Shown here piece by piece: positions 40,450-53,872 of a stretch of DNA of 64,000 nucleotides. A program made the position numbers and the translations under genes. This DNA is from Raillietiella orientalis (lineage: Eukaryota), in NCBI GenBank assembly GCA_036172245.1, contig JAYWIR010000046.1:1302001-1366000 (forward strand). Reading direction: 5' to 3'. A model generated the notes under the pieces. That model ran no database searches. It saw nothing but the letters and a program-made list of their open reading frames with translations, and was not told the origin of the DNA. The stretch's first letter is position 1. Every line of letters starts with the position of its first letter.

Positions 40450-41750
40450 AAATCTCTTGCTGAGAAGAGGCATAATTAGACTAAGAATGAATTAATTAGA
40501 CTTTGAGTACCTGGACAAATGGTAGGATGTGCATTCACACTTGAATTTTCCTTTGAGTCGGTCTGCTTCCTTCGTTGTTCGGAGTATGTCAGTAAGAAAC
40601 AAACGCTTATCTAGTTCGCACATGTGCTGGCATCCTTTTCTGAATCGAATGTTCTTGGATTCTCTGTGAACTTGAAAGACTTTCCATTTCAGATAAGTTA
40701 GATCTGCAACATGCAAGAAACATAATCCGAGCTTCTCCAGGGTTCGGAAGTGTTGTAACTAAAGATCCTTGGTCAATGTGCAAGCACAAACCATCTCACT
40801 AGTTCCCATTCTTCGAGCTCTTTGCTCCTTGCTGGCAGAAATGACCAATAGTGGTTTGTTTCAAATCACTCCAGGACTTCCTTGACTTTGGGTGTTCAAG
40901 AGATCATACTGGCTTCCAAAAATAAAAGGAGAAGCACCGGAAGGATGCTAAAGTTAACTGTTTTCTTTGGTAGCCCTAAATGTTGCCACAAATCTTTCGA
41001 ATTTTGATTTGACAATCTCCACAAGTTGATCCCAAATTTCAAGTCAATGATAAAAATTCTTGGAAAGATCTTTCATAGATTTGAGTGTTGTTTTGATGTT
41101 GTCATCATTTTAGTCAACTCCACATTGATGGGTTGGTTCATTTCACGTGAAACCAAACTCGAAATAAGTTTTCCTCTGACCTCTGAGAATGGGATTGCAC
41201 GGAACAAATCGTGCGAAAGATGTATGTCTCTGTAAAAGACTTGAAAGTCCTCACTCAGTTCCTGACAAATTCTCGGAGACACTTGTAAATAAAAAAAAAA
41301 AGCTTTTAATCTAACTAAGTACTCGAGAAAAAAGAATAAAACCATACTGTAAGATTGAAACATTTGAAGAAAGAGAAAACTTATGAGGCACCAGAAACTG
41401 GACCTATGCATCCAAGTGCTTTAGAAGTGCTGTTACAGTTTTCACATGCTCACTTGATCAGTACCTCGTTTCACATAACAAGCCAGATATTGCTTACCAA
41501 AGTGCACGAAATTCTTTCTTAAAAGAATTTCCTGCATTCTGCTATGTCTTGATTTTGCATTCGAACAATTCTTTTCTTTCCAAATTTCTGAAAATGGGAA
41601 GGGAAAGAATCTGTAGTTCCACAAGAACGATACTGAATTTCGCATTAATTTATGAGATGCGGCATCGAGAACTTTGTATATGCAGCTGATAGCAGCATTC
41701 TTCATTTGCTGTTTGCTTTTCATGATGTGCATTGGGTGAACAGTAGTATA
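40450..41750 (-). mobile_element. BEL/Pao integrase remnant
   Basis: FVHFG..SSFW (H2C2-like), AIPFSEV (~41195), H*LEIWDQL..FERFVA then LGLPKK after a frameshift (~41040-40960, cf. HLE..FxRFVARRGxP), YWSFLPAR (~40845). Confidence 0.6.
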
Positions 41751-41863
41751 TGCTCATGTAGAAGGTCTAACATACCCTTCGTTTAACATATAATGTACCT
41801 GAAATCATTCGGGAACCAGGGATCAAATAAGAAAAAGAATTCAAAAGAAAACTCAAAACTGTA

Positions 41864-41905
41864 TGAAATGTCGTAAATTTTCTGCCTAAAATTTACGACA
41901 TTTCA
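41864..41905. repeat. Perfect 18-bp hairpin, 6-nt loop
   Basis: tgaaatgtcgtaaatttt-ctgcct-aaaatttacgacatttca. Confidence 0.95.
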
Positions 41906-42199
41906 AAAAAGAAAACAAGACATTACAGGTCATATTCCAGCCGAATAGCTGCCGTTTTGATGACACGGGAAGCGGTAAGATGCCTCAAAGAGCAATCTGA
42001 ATATGAAAGAACGATGAATAACAAAGGTCAGCGACCTATGGCTCAGAGGTCACTTCTTGACTCTGCGCCATTAGCCTGACCTACAGATTGCTTGTAGGAA
42101 AAGAAAAAACTCTGCATGGAGATCAAACTTGTTTATGGTTACTCGAATCGAATCCCACGCCTATTTTCGCCCCACCTCCTCAATGTTTGCATTTCCTGA

Positions 42200-45100
42200 T
42201 CAATTTGCTCTCCCTCTGCTCGATTATTTCATCTCACAACTAATGAAAATGTATTGCACGGGAGGAGACAAGTATCTCTAACTCATCGACCTTGAAATAC
42301 TGGTTTTTCTTACTTTCTAGTCCGTATAGTGATCCTTGTTTACTTCGAAGCATTTGAAAAGAAAACATCATTGTGATGTTTGAAAGGAAATTCAAAAGCA
42401 TGATGCACTTTGTATCCGCGAGAAAGAACAAGCTATGGAGTTTGTTCTATTCTTCGTGCTGCTGAAACATTACTAACAACAAAAAAAAAATCAAAACATA
42501 TTAAGGCTTGCTGAACTTGCCAGAAGAGAGAGCTCGGAAGATTCACTTTTGTGAGTTCACCCTAAATTTAAGGATCTTGACCTCACAGCTTGCTGAGTCT
42601 GTGAATCCAGCCAAACGCAGAACTGATTTCTAAATGGGACTTTTCAAAAAGGTTTTTGGAATGCATCCTACATCTAGCAAGATGGTTAAAAAAATAAGAG
42701 AGCAAAGAGATGCTTGCACAGCTAGAACTGTCCTCTACGTGCTGGCATTGTCTGGCGATGTTCCATACAAATAGGTAAAATGCACTCTTTGAGCAGTGAT
42801 TGCATCAGTCTTGTCTTCAATGAATGCACTCGGCAATACGCACGACGTACACTGGCTGCTCGTTCGGGTCGTTGAGTTGTTTCTGGATACGTGAGAAACT
42901 TGCACTCGAGACAATGAACCAAATGAAACTCCGGTAAAGACTGCCAATTTTAGGAATATGGATTGCATTGATTTGCAGATCAGAGTAATCTTCATCGCAA
43001 TAAATAAGGTTTAAGAGGACTGCTTCAGAAGAAAATATCGAGTTTATCTTTGATGGAATTGGACACTATGACTGAAAGGGAGCTTTGCTAGTTTACTGTA
43101 TCATATCGTTGCAAAATGGACAAAGTTGGCTCACATCTGCTCCTGTAAAACTTGAATGCTTTTAGAGTAATTTGATATTTCAGTGCCACCTCAGAATCGC
43201 TTGACGTAAAGACAGCGCACAACTTTTAAAACAAGAACAGAAGAATATGGTAGTTTGTTTTTGAACAGAAAAACCCTCTAACCAAATAAATCCCCAACTA
43301 GACGTTGCAGTACTGTAATTTCTAACGCCTTCTACGGAAATAGGAGAATACTTCGGAGAAGTTTCATTAATTGGAGGTGATTCTTGAGCTGGAACCCACA
43401 ACAGACATCATGAACAACTGAACGCACATTTCGAACGAGCTGCGACATGGGCCCCAGAAGTGTGTGCCCAGGTTTCCCTCATTCATCATCGACTCGGAAG
43501 TAGAAAGCTATTTACGAACCAATTATAAATTCCCAAATCCTCGAGATGGGAAATCCTGAGTGGTAAGCTAATCTCGATGTTTGGGAGCATGTAAATTCAG
43601 GAACTTGCCCAAAACACCAACCTCTTATCATCCAGGTGCTGTATTTTTGTTTTTGCACTAAAAAACAAACAGTCAATTAGAAGTTTTTGTCGGTGCTTTT
43701 TCTGTCTTGTTCAGGAAGGGGTCATTGTTGCAAACTAAGCATTGGGTTCGTAATGAAATCTTCTAGCAGCAGCAGATCCAGAACTGATGCAAAATATCGA
43801 GAAACTGTGTCTCTGCTTTGAGCTTGTTTTTAAGAGCCATAGATAGATCTCTGACTTCTGGATTGCAGGCAAAATCCAAATGCCAGATTGAAAACAGTAG
43901 CCATTAAGCACTGTAGATTCTGAAAACGGAACCCGAACGTGGGTCACAACACCAGTCTCAAACTTTCTGTCTCTTGGGAAGGGGAGCAGTTGACTACAGT
44001 CCTAGAACTCTCACTGCAAGAGGCTGTGGGGGAAAGTTACAAACCTCCGTACGTGGGTTCAAATACAATTCTTTCAGCTTCTCTATCGATTAGACAAACT
44101 TGTTCTTGCTTCACACTCCTCTCAATGGGTTTGGTAAATAGTCGCTGACGACCGTAAGGAGTTCCATTGGAAGCCGGAATTAGGAGAAAATTTACTGTCT
44201 ATCCTCAGACTTTTGTATTTACATTTAGAAGTTCTCCAGGAACTTAAGAGATTCTTTGTCTAAGCTATTTTATTGGAAATTCAAAATGCAGTCAGGTCAT
44301 TCGAACTTTTTAATTTGCTTCTGAAATGTTAAAGACAAAAACCCACCAAATCAGACGAGGCTCGCGGATGCAAATACAAAAAAGCATCAGTCGGTCGCCC
44401 CTTGAAATACTCCTTAATTCATCTCGTGATGCCAACAGGGCAGAATATTCTCCACGTGATATGAAAAATGAACCCTGAGAATCCTAAATTAAAGAAATAA
44501 ATAAGGACAGTTTAAACTTCTTAATGTGGATCATTTTTTTTCGATTGCTGAGTGAGTGCTGGCTTAGCTCAATTTCACAACACGTTACGGCGAAACTGTT
44601 TTGGAGTGCTGGGACATTGTTCTTGAATGAATATGTCGATTGAGGTTGTGGTTTCTTTGCTCTCTGGAAGCCATTTATAATTTAATTAAGAAGAAAAACT
44701 AAGAATTTCCTATAAGTTCCCATGCTGCTTGAGTAATTTCAAAAGCAGTACATCTTGCATGGAGGATCCATCTTTGAATGTGAAGTGCAGCTGCTGCAAA
44801 ACCGAATAGGAAAAGCAAAGAAAAAGCTTTTGCTGAAAAAGTAGCTCGATCCTCAATGGAATCCCTGAAATGTGAACTCGGATGCATTGCGCACTTTTCG
44901 AAGAAGAACAACTTCTAAAGGATTTAGTGTATCTTTTCTGTGTTCCCTGAGAAGCTCGGTCCCAGGAAAGAAAGTAAAGGAAAAGCAAAGGAAAATATTA
45001 TAAGGCAAAAAAGTTACGAGTCGTTCGGGATCATCAAGGGAAAGAAATTGTCCAACGAAAAGCATCATTTCATGAAACATAAAGCGTTCATGCTCGTTCT

Positions 45101-46200
45101 TTGATTCCAGCGAGCTATTATCAGAAGAGAAACTTTTGGAAATTTCGATTCCATTTGATCGGATGTGATCGTCTGGACTGTAATCAGAAACTAATTGCCA
45201 TGTTTGAGATAACTTGGCAGCTATGCCAGAGAAACCTATGCTTAATTCTCCTGCTTATTTGGAAAGTGGGTTTGTAATTCCGACATTCTTGTTTACGATG
45301 GCTTGAGTTCCTAAGTCATAATTTCCATTTTGTATCTTGTATGCCAAAAAAGGTCTCTTCTTGAACACCAGCAGGTGTTCAAGAAGAGAATGCTAACGTT
45401 ACTTATAAGTCCAACGTGTGATTATTATTTCCTGAACCATGGAATTCTGCATGGAAGATGCCACTCATTTCTCCAGAAATACTTTTGCACTTGGCTCTGC
45501 GTTTCCAAAAGCAAGATTATTGCAGTTCACTTTGCCCATTGTCTAGAACATACGAACAGTCGTCCATTACTACAGTCGTTTCTTTTTCTATGGTATAAGG
45601 GAAATATCGCAAATTTATTCATGAAAAAAATGTGGTCGTGAATCTCATGCAAAATAGTTTGAGAATTCAATTGCTAATTCGAGATAGCGCAGAGGGACAA
45701 GGATTGCTCTTGGATTTCCTTCATGATCACGTCTTGTGCATTTATGCAACCGTAATTCTAAATATTCTTCATGCTTTATCCTGTCTTTCTTTTCCTCCAT
45801 GGGAACACTGCGTGAGTGTGTTCACTTGTCTTCATAATCATTTGTTTTCAAATACGTGCTCTTTTGCAGCACTCTCGAAAGCTTTGCAGTGTATTCATCC
45901 CGTGAATCTGGTTTGCTGCAGTGTTCTGCATCTGCCGTGCGATTTCACGAGCACCCAGCCAACTGTCCTCATTCCCAACGCATACAACTATCTGTAGTCC
46001 CTATTATTCTGTGACTTTGTTCTTTCATTGGATGTTTTGTATTGTCTTCTTAACACAGGTGTCAGGTTCTGTGGACCCTATGAATCTTTGCTCCGTTCAC
46101 TCATCATGATAAGCTTTCGCGTTTTTCTTGTTCCTATCTAGAGATCCCCAATGAATGGACGATTGCCACGGAGAAAAACTACAAATTGTAAAAGGAACAG
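42200..46200 (-). mobile_element. Near full-span decayed BEL/Pao gag-pol
   Basis: PFIGD and LTPVLRRQY (gag, ~46150-46040), CSYVLDNG..C..KCK (Cys-His), VGQFLSLD, DAFLYLHP (~44380), RVLGL* (~44010), TWAHTSG (~43470), CLECK, HFTYL..DNAST (~42780), K*IFRALS. Confidence 0.6.
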
Positions 46201-47099
46201 ACTAAAACACTTTGCGGTCCACGTACGTTGCACACAAAGTCCATAAATATCGTCTAATTACAATTAGAAAATGTATAAACCACGTTTCAGTAGATTGACT
46301 ATCGAGAAATGTCCATATAGAGAGTGAATCGTCGACAACAAGAGAAAGCTGATCAGTCTTTGATGTAAAACTGTAGGCTGAGAAACGCAGAAGGAACAAC
46401 ATGATGAAATAGGGAAAACACAGAGTTTTGGAAGGAGCGAAACATAGACAGCTGGATGATGATTCCACGATCACTTTAAATAGACTTTATTTAAAATTAA
46501 TGACTGCTACTAACAAAGAATGATTATTAGCGATCATCAACTGGTTGTGATTCCTTTCGCTAAAAGCTGGCAAGTTTCAATGGTAATGGGAGTCAAACGC
46601 ACTTTTTCCAGACTTCGAAACACATAACCGCTTAATGAGCAGCTCTGACTTTCTGGAAAATCCATATTAGGCGCGATATACAAGATGTATCTCGTACATA
46701 TGACAGTTTTTTTTTATTTTCAAGTTGCCAATTTTGTGTTGCTATTAAAAAAAATAAGATGTTTCAAATCAGTAGAACCTTAAGTCTTCGTGATTATAAT
46801 ATGCTTTTTTTTAAAAAAAAAAATCCTTAAATAAGGCAAAAAGGAAGAAATTATCGAGTATTCTTCACAATAGTTTCATTAACAGATTGTAAATGGAATG
46901 TGGAAGAATATTTGGAAGAATAATCAAGACTGCAATAAGAAAGTAGCAAAAAAAAGACTTCTAAATTTAGAGTGGAATCAGAAGGTATCTCAGAAACTGT
47001 GTGATCACACAGTGTTTCGTGGAACAGGAGAATGGCTGGATAGAGCAACATGAAAGAAAAATAGCCTACGTCGAATTTGATGTGGGATCCAAATTTCAG

Positions 47100-50000
47100 T
47101 AGAAGTCCTGCTTGTTTTCGACTGCAATTTTACCATTCTATCCAAGCACGAAAATCGCAAATTATGAGGGAATAAACTATCGAATTCTCTGGGCCTCCAG
47201 CGAAATTCCGTTTCTGCATCAAAAAAAAAAAAACTTGAAAGTAATAAACTTGGATCAGCAGTATAATGAAACAGTGATGGTTCATTTGAAAGCTCTTTCT
47301 TTTAGGAACAGAACTATTTTTAGCGTTAGCTGTTATTGAAGAAACAGGAACATTAAGCTTCATTAGAGACTGGAAATCAGTAAAGGTATATCTAGAAGTT
47401 TCTTCGCAGGCGGAATAATCCAAACAAATCGATTTTCAGCTAACTAGTTGCGGGGCACTTAATAAACATGTTTCACACTGCATGATGATGATCTTCCCTG
47501 ATAAGGAAACTTCACTCTGGAACTTAATCTTACTTCCAACAGTGGCTTGCTTTCAAAAACATATGGATACAAGCGTTTCATTCTTCAGGGATTGTGTGTT
47601 CTGTTTGCTTTCGAGCTTTTCTCCATGGTGCGAATGGTGGAATTTCACCAGTTCAAATGGCGAGTGCCACTTGCACCGGTGATTGTGTTTATCTTTACAG
47701 CCGCCAATTATGGAATTTTCGAGTATCTGAAACTAAACTTGGCAACACGCTTGGTAGCGCGGGAAGGTTTCCAAAATCTCATCGGCACGTTTGGATTCGA
47801 GCGCGCGATAGAACAATTCGAATCATGGGATGAGACTGGTTAAAGGAGTAGCTGCATCCTGGATAAAATTACAAAGTGCCAGTCAGAAAACCGTGGAATT
47901 CTCTAAGGATTTCACGTTTCTGGTTGGTGCACCAGAGTTGTCGTTCTCGTTCCTATACCTCAGGATAAGATCAAATTTCCAAACCCAATGAGCTGTTCCA
48001 GAGATGCAGTCTCTTCCAGTGAAAATTCTGTTATGAAGTTTCCTGAAATGCTCATGCAATTCGATATGATGGTTACCTTAGGATAAACTTCCTCGGGTAA
48101 TATCATTTCCGCTATCCTTCGTCTGTATCGTTGCAAATGTTGGAACAAACGAAAACAACCGAAAGATTCAGAAGCTGAATGCAGACTTCTTGAAAAATGA
48201 ATTCAGCAGACTCAAGGGCAACACGAAAACAAGTGATCTCTAAAGGAATGAAAGTAATCACAGATTTTCGCCAGTTTTGCAGAAACAGAATAAATTTGTG
48301 AAAAGGATGCTGGAACGGCCGAGAAAATAAAACACACGACAGTCGTGGCAACGCATCTTATACACTCCCGTAGAAAATAACTTCACGATCTGCTTTAGGC
48401 AGATCAGGCAGCCATCCTCCTGCCCAGGTTTAAGTCATTCAATCGTTTAACATGCCAAAAATGCGCAACATCTTCTCATGATGTGTGGGGTTTAGAGGAG
48501 ACACTATGATATGAGGTTCCCACGATTCTTGCGAGCTGAAATCCGACCTGTGTTGTGCTGTTTTGCCAGTCATTTGCCTGGTGGAAGACGCCATGTCCAA
48601 TGAATGAGCCTTCCATTGCATTGAATTCCATACTACTCAGAGTAAACGCACGATCTCTATTGTCAGTCCCATGACCTCCCAACAGCAAAGGTTTAGATTT
48701 CAGGACACCAAAATGCCATCAAAAACATAATAATTCGGAGCCTGAGCAATCAGTTCAATTCATAGGATATCAACGAATTGCAATACCATCCGATATTCCC
48801 TCGCAATCTTAAGACCATCAAATAGCAACCTTTTGCATCAAAGTCTTCTGGATGAGATGGAACTGGAAGATCTTTTTTATGTTCCCTTCTTTCTTTTTCT
48901 CTCTATTTTTCTTTAATCCTTTTCCTTTTTCTTTTGTTTCTGTTTCTTCTTTGTTTTTTGTTTTTTTTTCTTTTGGTTTTGTTTCTAAATTACAGACAAA
49001 AACGTTACTTGTGTTTTCAGTGACTCATTTTCCTAGTCCATGCTGTTGCCACCAGTTTGTCGCAATTTTCCTAATTCCTTCCATAACAATCGCACCATGG
49101 GTATGTTTATATGCCTAATGGCTGTGGTAATTTTTAAATGACAGCACTTGTTTTAGTGTGAAGCTGATGGAGACGTGAATTGTCCAGATCGAAAATCACG
49201 TGATTAGCTAAGCATGTTTCCAAAACTACCTTTTCCAGAATGTGAGCAGCAGCTCTTTCATCTGGTAGCTTCATTTCTTGGTAGAACCAAAGCTTTGCTG
49301 CAGTTGGTTTATTTATTTCAATGCATTTCAATAGCCTTGAATTCAAATATAAGATGTAAAGAACCCAAGCACAATCTGTAAATCTCTAAGCTTTTGCACG
49401 AATCTATGCAGCTCATAAATTTTCTTTTTACTAGTTTATTTTATCATTTTAGTTTGCTTTACAACATGATTTGTTTTTTAAAAAATTGGAGATATTTCTT
49501 CGAGTCTCGGTTCTGTTCCGTCTTCGCCTTCTCTGAGTACTGTTATTAGTAGTCGAAGACTGTTTCTCCACCGAAAGAAATGTTCGTCTGCAAAGTGAAA
49601 ATATAGGTATCTTGGGAATCACGATGTATTTGAAGGGAGCTGGATTAATTTGAATGCTTCCCGGCTAATTCGCCAATAGAGACAAGCAGATTCATGTCAG
49701 CAAGCTCTAAGAGCACAGAGATGGAAGAATCCATGGAACGCCCACAGTGGCATTTCATCGTCCCGTTCACAGTGGCTATCTTCTTCCCATCGCATGGTAA
49801 CTTTGAGAGCAAAAGTCTTTCGGAAGAATTCCAAAAATAAATAATACATCCCTGGAAAGGAGTAGTTGCATTCGTTCGATACGAGCGAAGCTCATCTCCA
49901 TGAGCCAGTCCGTTGACTTCGGAGAGAAGCATTCGGATTGAATTGGAAACACTGAAATTTATGGCCAGATAAATTGGAAAAAAAAATAAAATTGTAAAAA

Positions 50001-50900
50001 AAAAAAGTGGATCCCACCAAAAGAACAGATGAAGAGGGAATATGTGAGTACTTCGAATGAGGTAGGGGAGTGCAGTTTCAAAAGTCTCTCAATTCTGTTC
50101 GATGGACGCTGAGCGCATTTTTGCTTGCGTTGCCGCAATCACCAGTTTAGCGGATCCAGAATTTCTGTGCATGAGAAGAGGATTGTTTTTAAGTTTTCTT
50201 GACTAAGTATAATGATAAATTACAGCGAGTGACTTTCCTGTTGTACGGAATCTGTTTTCCTCGTCGGAAACCAACTCAAAAAATTTTGCTTTCTGAGGGG
50301 CAATCGTCACATTTTGGGGAATAAATTGGCAAAGAAATTTCAAGTCTAGCAGACTATACATGGATCCAAGGCCCCTGTTCTCAGCTTATACTACCAGATA
50401 CCCGGATAATTGGAGTTTCTACGGAGATGAGCATCAATTCTTTCCGGACTGAAGTATAAAAAGAACGGATAGGAAGCGACCATGATCGATTTCGACGCAG
50501 CCAAATCCTTGTTCTGGAGTAACCAGAGTCTTTAGAAGATGAATCCCACAAAAAGTTGTACATCTTATAGAAACGAGTCTCGAACGTGCTTTAGGACTTT
50601 GGAAGTTTGCAGCCGTGATGCTCACTTCGTTGCCGAACTCGGACGTTAAATGAGCCAGCAAAGAGACACGAAAATAGTCGCTATTGACTCGATATCAGCC
50701 ACCCATACACCCACCCACCCCACCGTTAATTCGGAGCACCGACACTTTATTCGTGTTGGACTCTGCGGTTCGTTTTGCATTTTTCGTGCCGTGTTTGTGA
50801 GCGTGTCTAGGAAGTTAGTTTTGTAGATAAAGACATGACCGAATCTCGAAATTTCGAGATGCCTTGAGAATTCCATAGCTTCCGATTATTTTGTTTCGAT
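47100..50900 (-). mobile_element. Near full-span decayed BEL/Pao gag-pol
   Basis: LTSEFGN (~50640, gag), YFWNS and VGVPW (~49830-49735), VLREGEDGTEPR, FTLSSMEFNA (~48640), TWAGGWL, LESAEFI, MILPE, LETFPRY then LPSLVSD (~47750), IPPFAPW (~47635). Confidence 0.7.
48884..48985. repeat. T/C-rich low-complexity tract
   Basis: Runs of T with interspersed C/G, interrupting the BEL/Pao remnant. Confidence 0.85.
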
Positions 50901-51035
50901 TTTCTGCGTCCTTAACTTCCAGCGAACATGGTTTCATTGCATATAGTCTTCAGCAATGCAGTTATCATTGCTAAGTTTCAAGGCATCGATCGCTTAAGGG
51001 TAAAGAAAATAATGAATAAAGAACCTATTTGATAT

Positions 51036-51080
51036 GTGTGCAATGCTTAATATGATACAATCATATTAAGCATTGCACAC
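51036..51080. repeat. Perfect 21-bp hairpin, 3-nt loop
   Basis: gtgtgcaatgcttaatatgat-aca-atcatattaagcattgcacac. Confidence 0.95.
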
Positions 51081-51099
51081 TGCAATTACACTTAGAGTG

Positions 51100-51630
51100 C
51101 AGCGCTTACCTATGTCGATTCACCCTCTTGAATATTGGGTGCCTGCTACTGGTGAACAAACATTGAAGACTTGGCTCCTCCTGAGCCACGCTCTCAATAA
51201 TTCCATCAGAAGGAAGCTCTTGTGCTGAAACCTGCATGCTTTAACACATGCTCCATCCTTTCTGAAAACAGTATTCCATGCACCAATCATTCGGCGATGC
51301 TTGAGTGGAAAGCAGGAAGAACTCTAGAAGGCTCCCTGGAATCTTCTCGGGAAATTGCATGCCTTAGAGATCCTCTCTCTGGGTCCTGACAATGCCGGCA
51401 ATCCCAGTACCTGGCAACAGTGGGGAAATATCCCCAATATAAAACAGATAGGGTAATAGTCATAAGGAATAAGGGATTTCCTGAGAAAAGAAACTGATCA
51501 GTACAGATCTTGAGGTAACCCACACTCTTAAAAGGTTCTCATGCGAGGCTGCCATGAACTTCAAATGTTGCATTGCCTAGCATCAATTCGGTTACAGCTC
51601 ACAGCTTACTGTCATCCACGTAACTGTTTG
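51100..51630 (+). mobile_element. BEL/Pao integrase C-terminal (DUF5641-like) remnant
   Basis: LVLKPACF, EWKAGRT..L, GS*QCRQSQYLAT (cf. FWxxWxxEYL), VIVIRNKGFP..*, LLKGSH (cf. LxxGxDG). Confidence 0.6.
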
Positions 51631-51639
51631 TTGGATGTG

Positions 51640-52300
51640 ACCGCTATCCTTGTTTTCGGTTTCAGCTGAGACGTGTGGTTGATGCTCTTCCCCCTAGAAA
51701 AAATAGCAGACTTTGAAAACAGAAATGATAGATTCCATACCGGTTCAACTTACCTGTTGCAGCTAAAAATTGCAGACGATACTCCTGTTCAAACCTTCAA
51801 AGCAAAGGCACCAAGAAATCACCCGAAATCCAAGGTCATAGGTATGCACAGGTGTATTAATCACCTCCTATTATTTGATTAGCGCATTTATCAGAGAAGC
51901 TTCAAAGAAAGGATTTATAGGGGACTGACAGCCACGGACTTGAATACTGATAAAAAGGAGCCTGGGAAAGAGAGCCAAATGAAAGCAGGGATCACAGACA
52001 CATCACTTGAATAGGCACAGAATCACGACAAATGAACAAAAGAGAAAAAGCAAGATATTCTGGAATGGAAGTCGATTGCTTCTTCAGGTGTGCATACTGA
52101 AACGGTAGATACAATCTTAAAGCTGAAATCACACAAATTCTGAAATGCGAAATGTTCGCTTCACTTCTAGATCCATCTGTATATGTTCTGGGTACAATTC
52201 TATGGATTGTTCTGTTTTTTCTTGATTCATTTTTGGCATCTCTCTAAACCCAAATAGCGGGATTTCTTTTGAAATTGTTTTTTCCTGTCTGTTTTTCCGC
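51640..52300 (+). pseudogene. Envelope-like glycoprotein remnant of a BEL/Pao element
   Basis: One frame with stops: LSLFSVSAETCG..SIPVQLTC..ILLFKP..RS*VCTGVLI..LNRHRITTN..RYSGMEVDC..RYNLKAEITQ..MFASLLD. Follows the integrase tail and parallels the motif order at 23231-23981. Confidence 0.55.
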
Positions 52301-52599
52301 TCCATAGTGTTCACGACGTACCACTCATTCTTTACAAAAACAAACATATTCGGAATAGATCCAACTCTGAAAACACTGACATAACACCTATTTCAGAAAG
52401 ATAGTTTAACATCCTGTGATTATACTGATACTAAAATGCAGTTGCGCTCTTTATTTGCTAACACAACTAACATTCAGAGCTCTGAAAACCAACCTTCTTT
52501 CATTGATGTATACAAGCACCTTATAAATTAATCATGCATTGCTAGACTGATTGTTGCTTTCCTGGAGAAAGTCTTAGCAGCTGGAGAGCTGAACGGCTA

Positions 52600-53800
52600 C
52601 TTATTTCCGGTTCCGAATTAGCTATAATTTCAATTCCGAGTTTCCAGTAAATGCATTCATTCCAAAGAACACTGAGATAATGTTATTTTAGGAAGAAAAG
52701 AGAATTTTTGATTTTGGTGAATTTTTAATCTTGTTCCTTTCATGTTAGAGAAGAAACTTTTGAGACAGCTTGGGCATGTTGCAGACTCTCCGCAATTAAA
52801 AAACTTCGACTTTCTAGAAAATGCATCTGCGATGCCGATCGTGAAAAGATAAACTTTTTTGGCTAAGCTGGGAATAATTTTCATGTTCTACTTTGTCGAG
52901 AAATGGGTTAGTTGTTCAGGAGAGTAAGAGTCTGAGCGAGCAGAAAATCAATGAATTCGAGCAGCTGCGTTTAGCCGCGAAGACTCCATTTTTAACCGAT
53001 CCTCCAAGAGCATCCTTAGTTACACTGTCTGCCTAAGAAAACAAGCTTCCTCTTTGGAATGTTGCCCCAGTCTCCTTCCATCATATCCTTGCAGAGCAAA
53101 TGTATAAGCCAAGAACACAAGCTAGGAACTAGAGTTTCAGAGACTTTGAAGAAGACTCCTTACAACTCTTTATGCAAAGCAGCTTCACATCACGCTTGCT
53201 TTGGATTCTCAGAGTAAATCCATGTAAGCGAAGTAGCACTGCTGAACTTAATCTTAACGGCATCAATTCGCATCTGAGGGAAAATCAAAGATAGCATTGA
53301 ACCTTTGCATTGCATCAGAGAATTCCTTCGAGACCAGCACTCAATCAAATTTCTGGGGACAAGAAACAGCAACAGCAAATATAAGCACTAAATTGTAGGT
53401 TAGTTGTCTCCTCAAAATCTCGTATTGAGTTTCAGTCCATCTCTTAGATCAAATCACCAAAGAAATGAGCTCTCACTGGATGATGTTTCGAAGTGTGGTC
53501 GTTTTATTATTAATCTGAATTTTTAGAAAGTGGAAGTGCAAGAATAGTTTCGATTTCATACTTGAGCACGTGTCTTCAGACTAACTGCAATTTGTTTGAG
53601 AGCTCTGTGCAACTGATGCAACCAGCAAGTCTAAGGGAAATAAAAGGAAAGATTAGATTAGCAAAGATTGAGAGAATTACCGAGATTGTATAGCTTATTG
53701 GGAGATTATTTCTCCAACTGCCTTCCTCAATGGTAATTACTGGTCATTTTAAGCAAGAGAAACCAGAAAGGTTACTTGAGTTTGGTTAGAAAAATTTGTT
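52600..53800 (+). mobile_element. BEL/Pao RT remnant
   Basis: QLGHV (~52765), PIVKR..KLGIIF (~52865), FLFGMLPQSP (~53050), TLYAKQ (cf. NLYVDN), RHQFAS, KFLG (~53350). Confidence 0.6.
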
Positions 53801-53872
53801 TAGACATCTTTATTACTTATTCAAGTGTTCTCAAAGGAATGAGTTGTAACTTCTAGTTGCCCTACATGTCTT

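Noticed and set aside
47690..47825. Ginger/KRBA2-like integrase (RALESKRADEI)
   Set aside because: Downstream IPPFAPW and upstream RNase H motifs are BEL/Pao-type.
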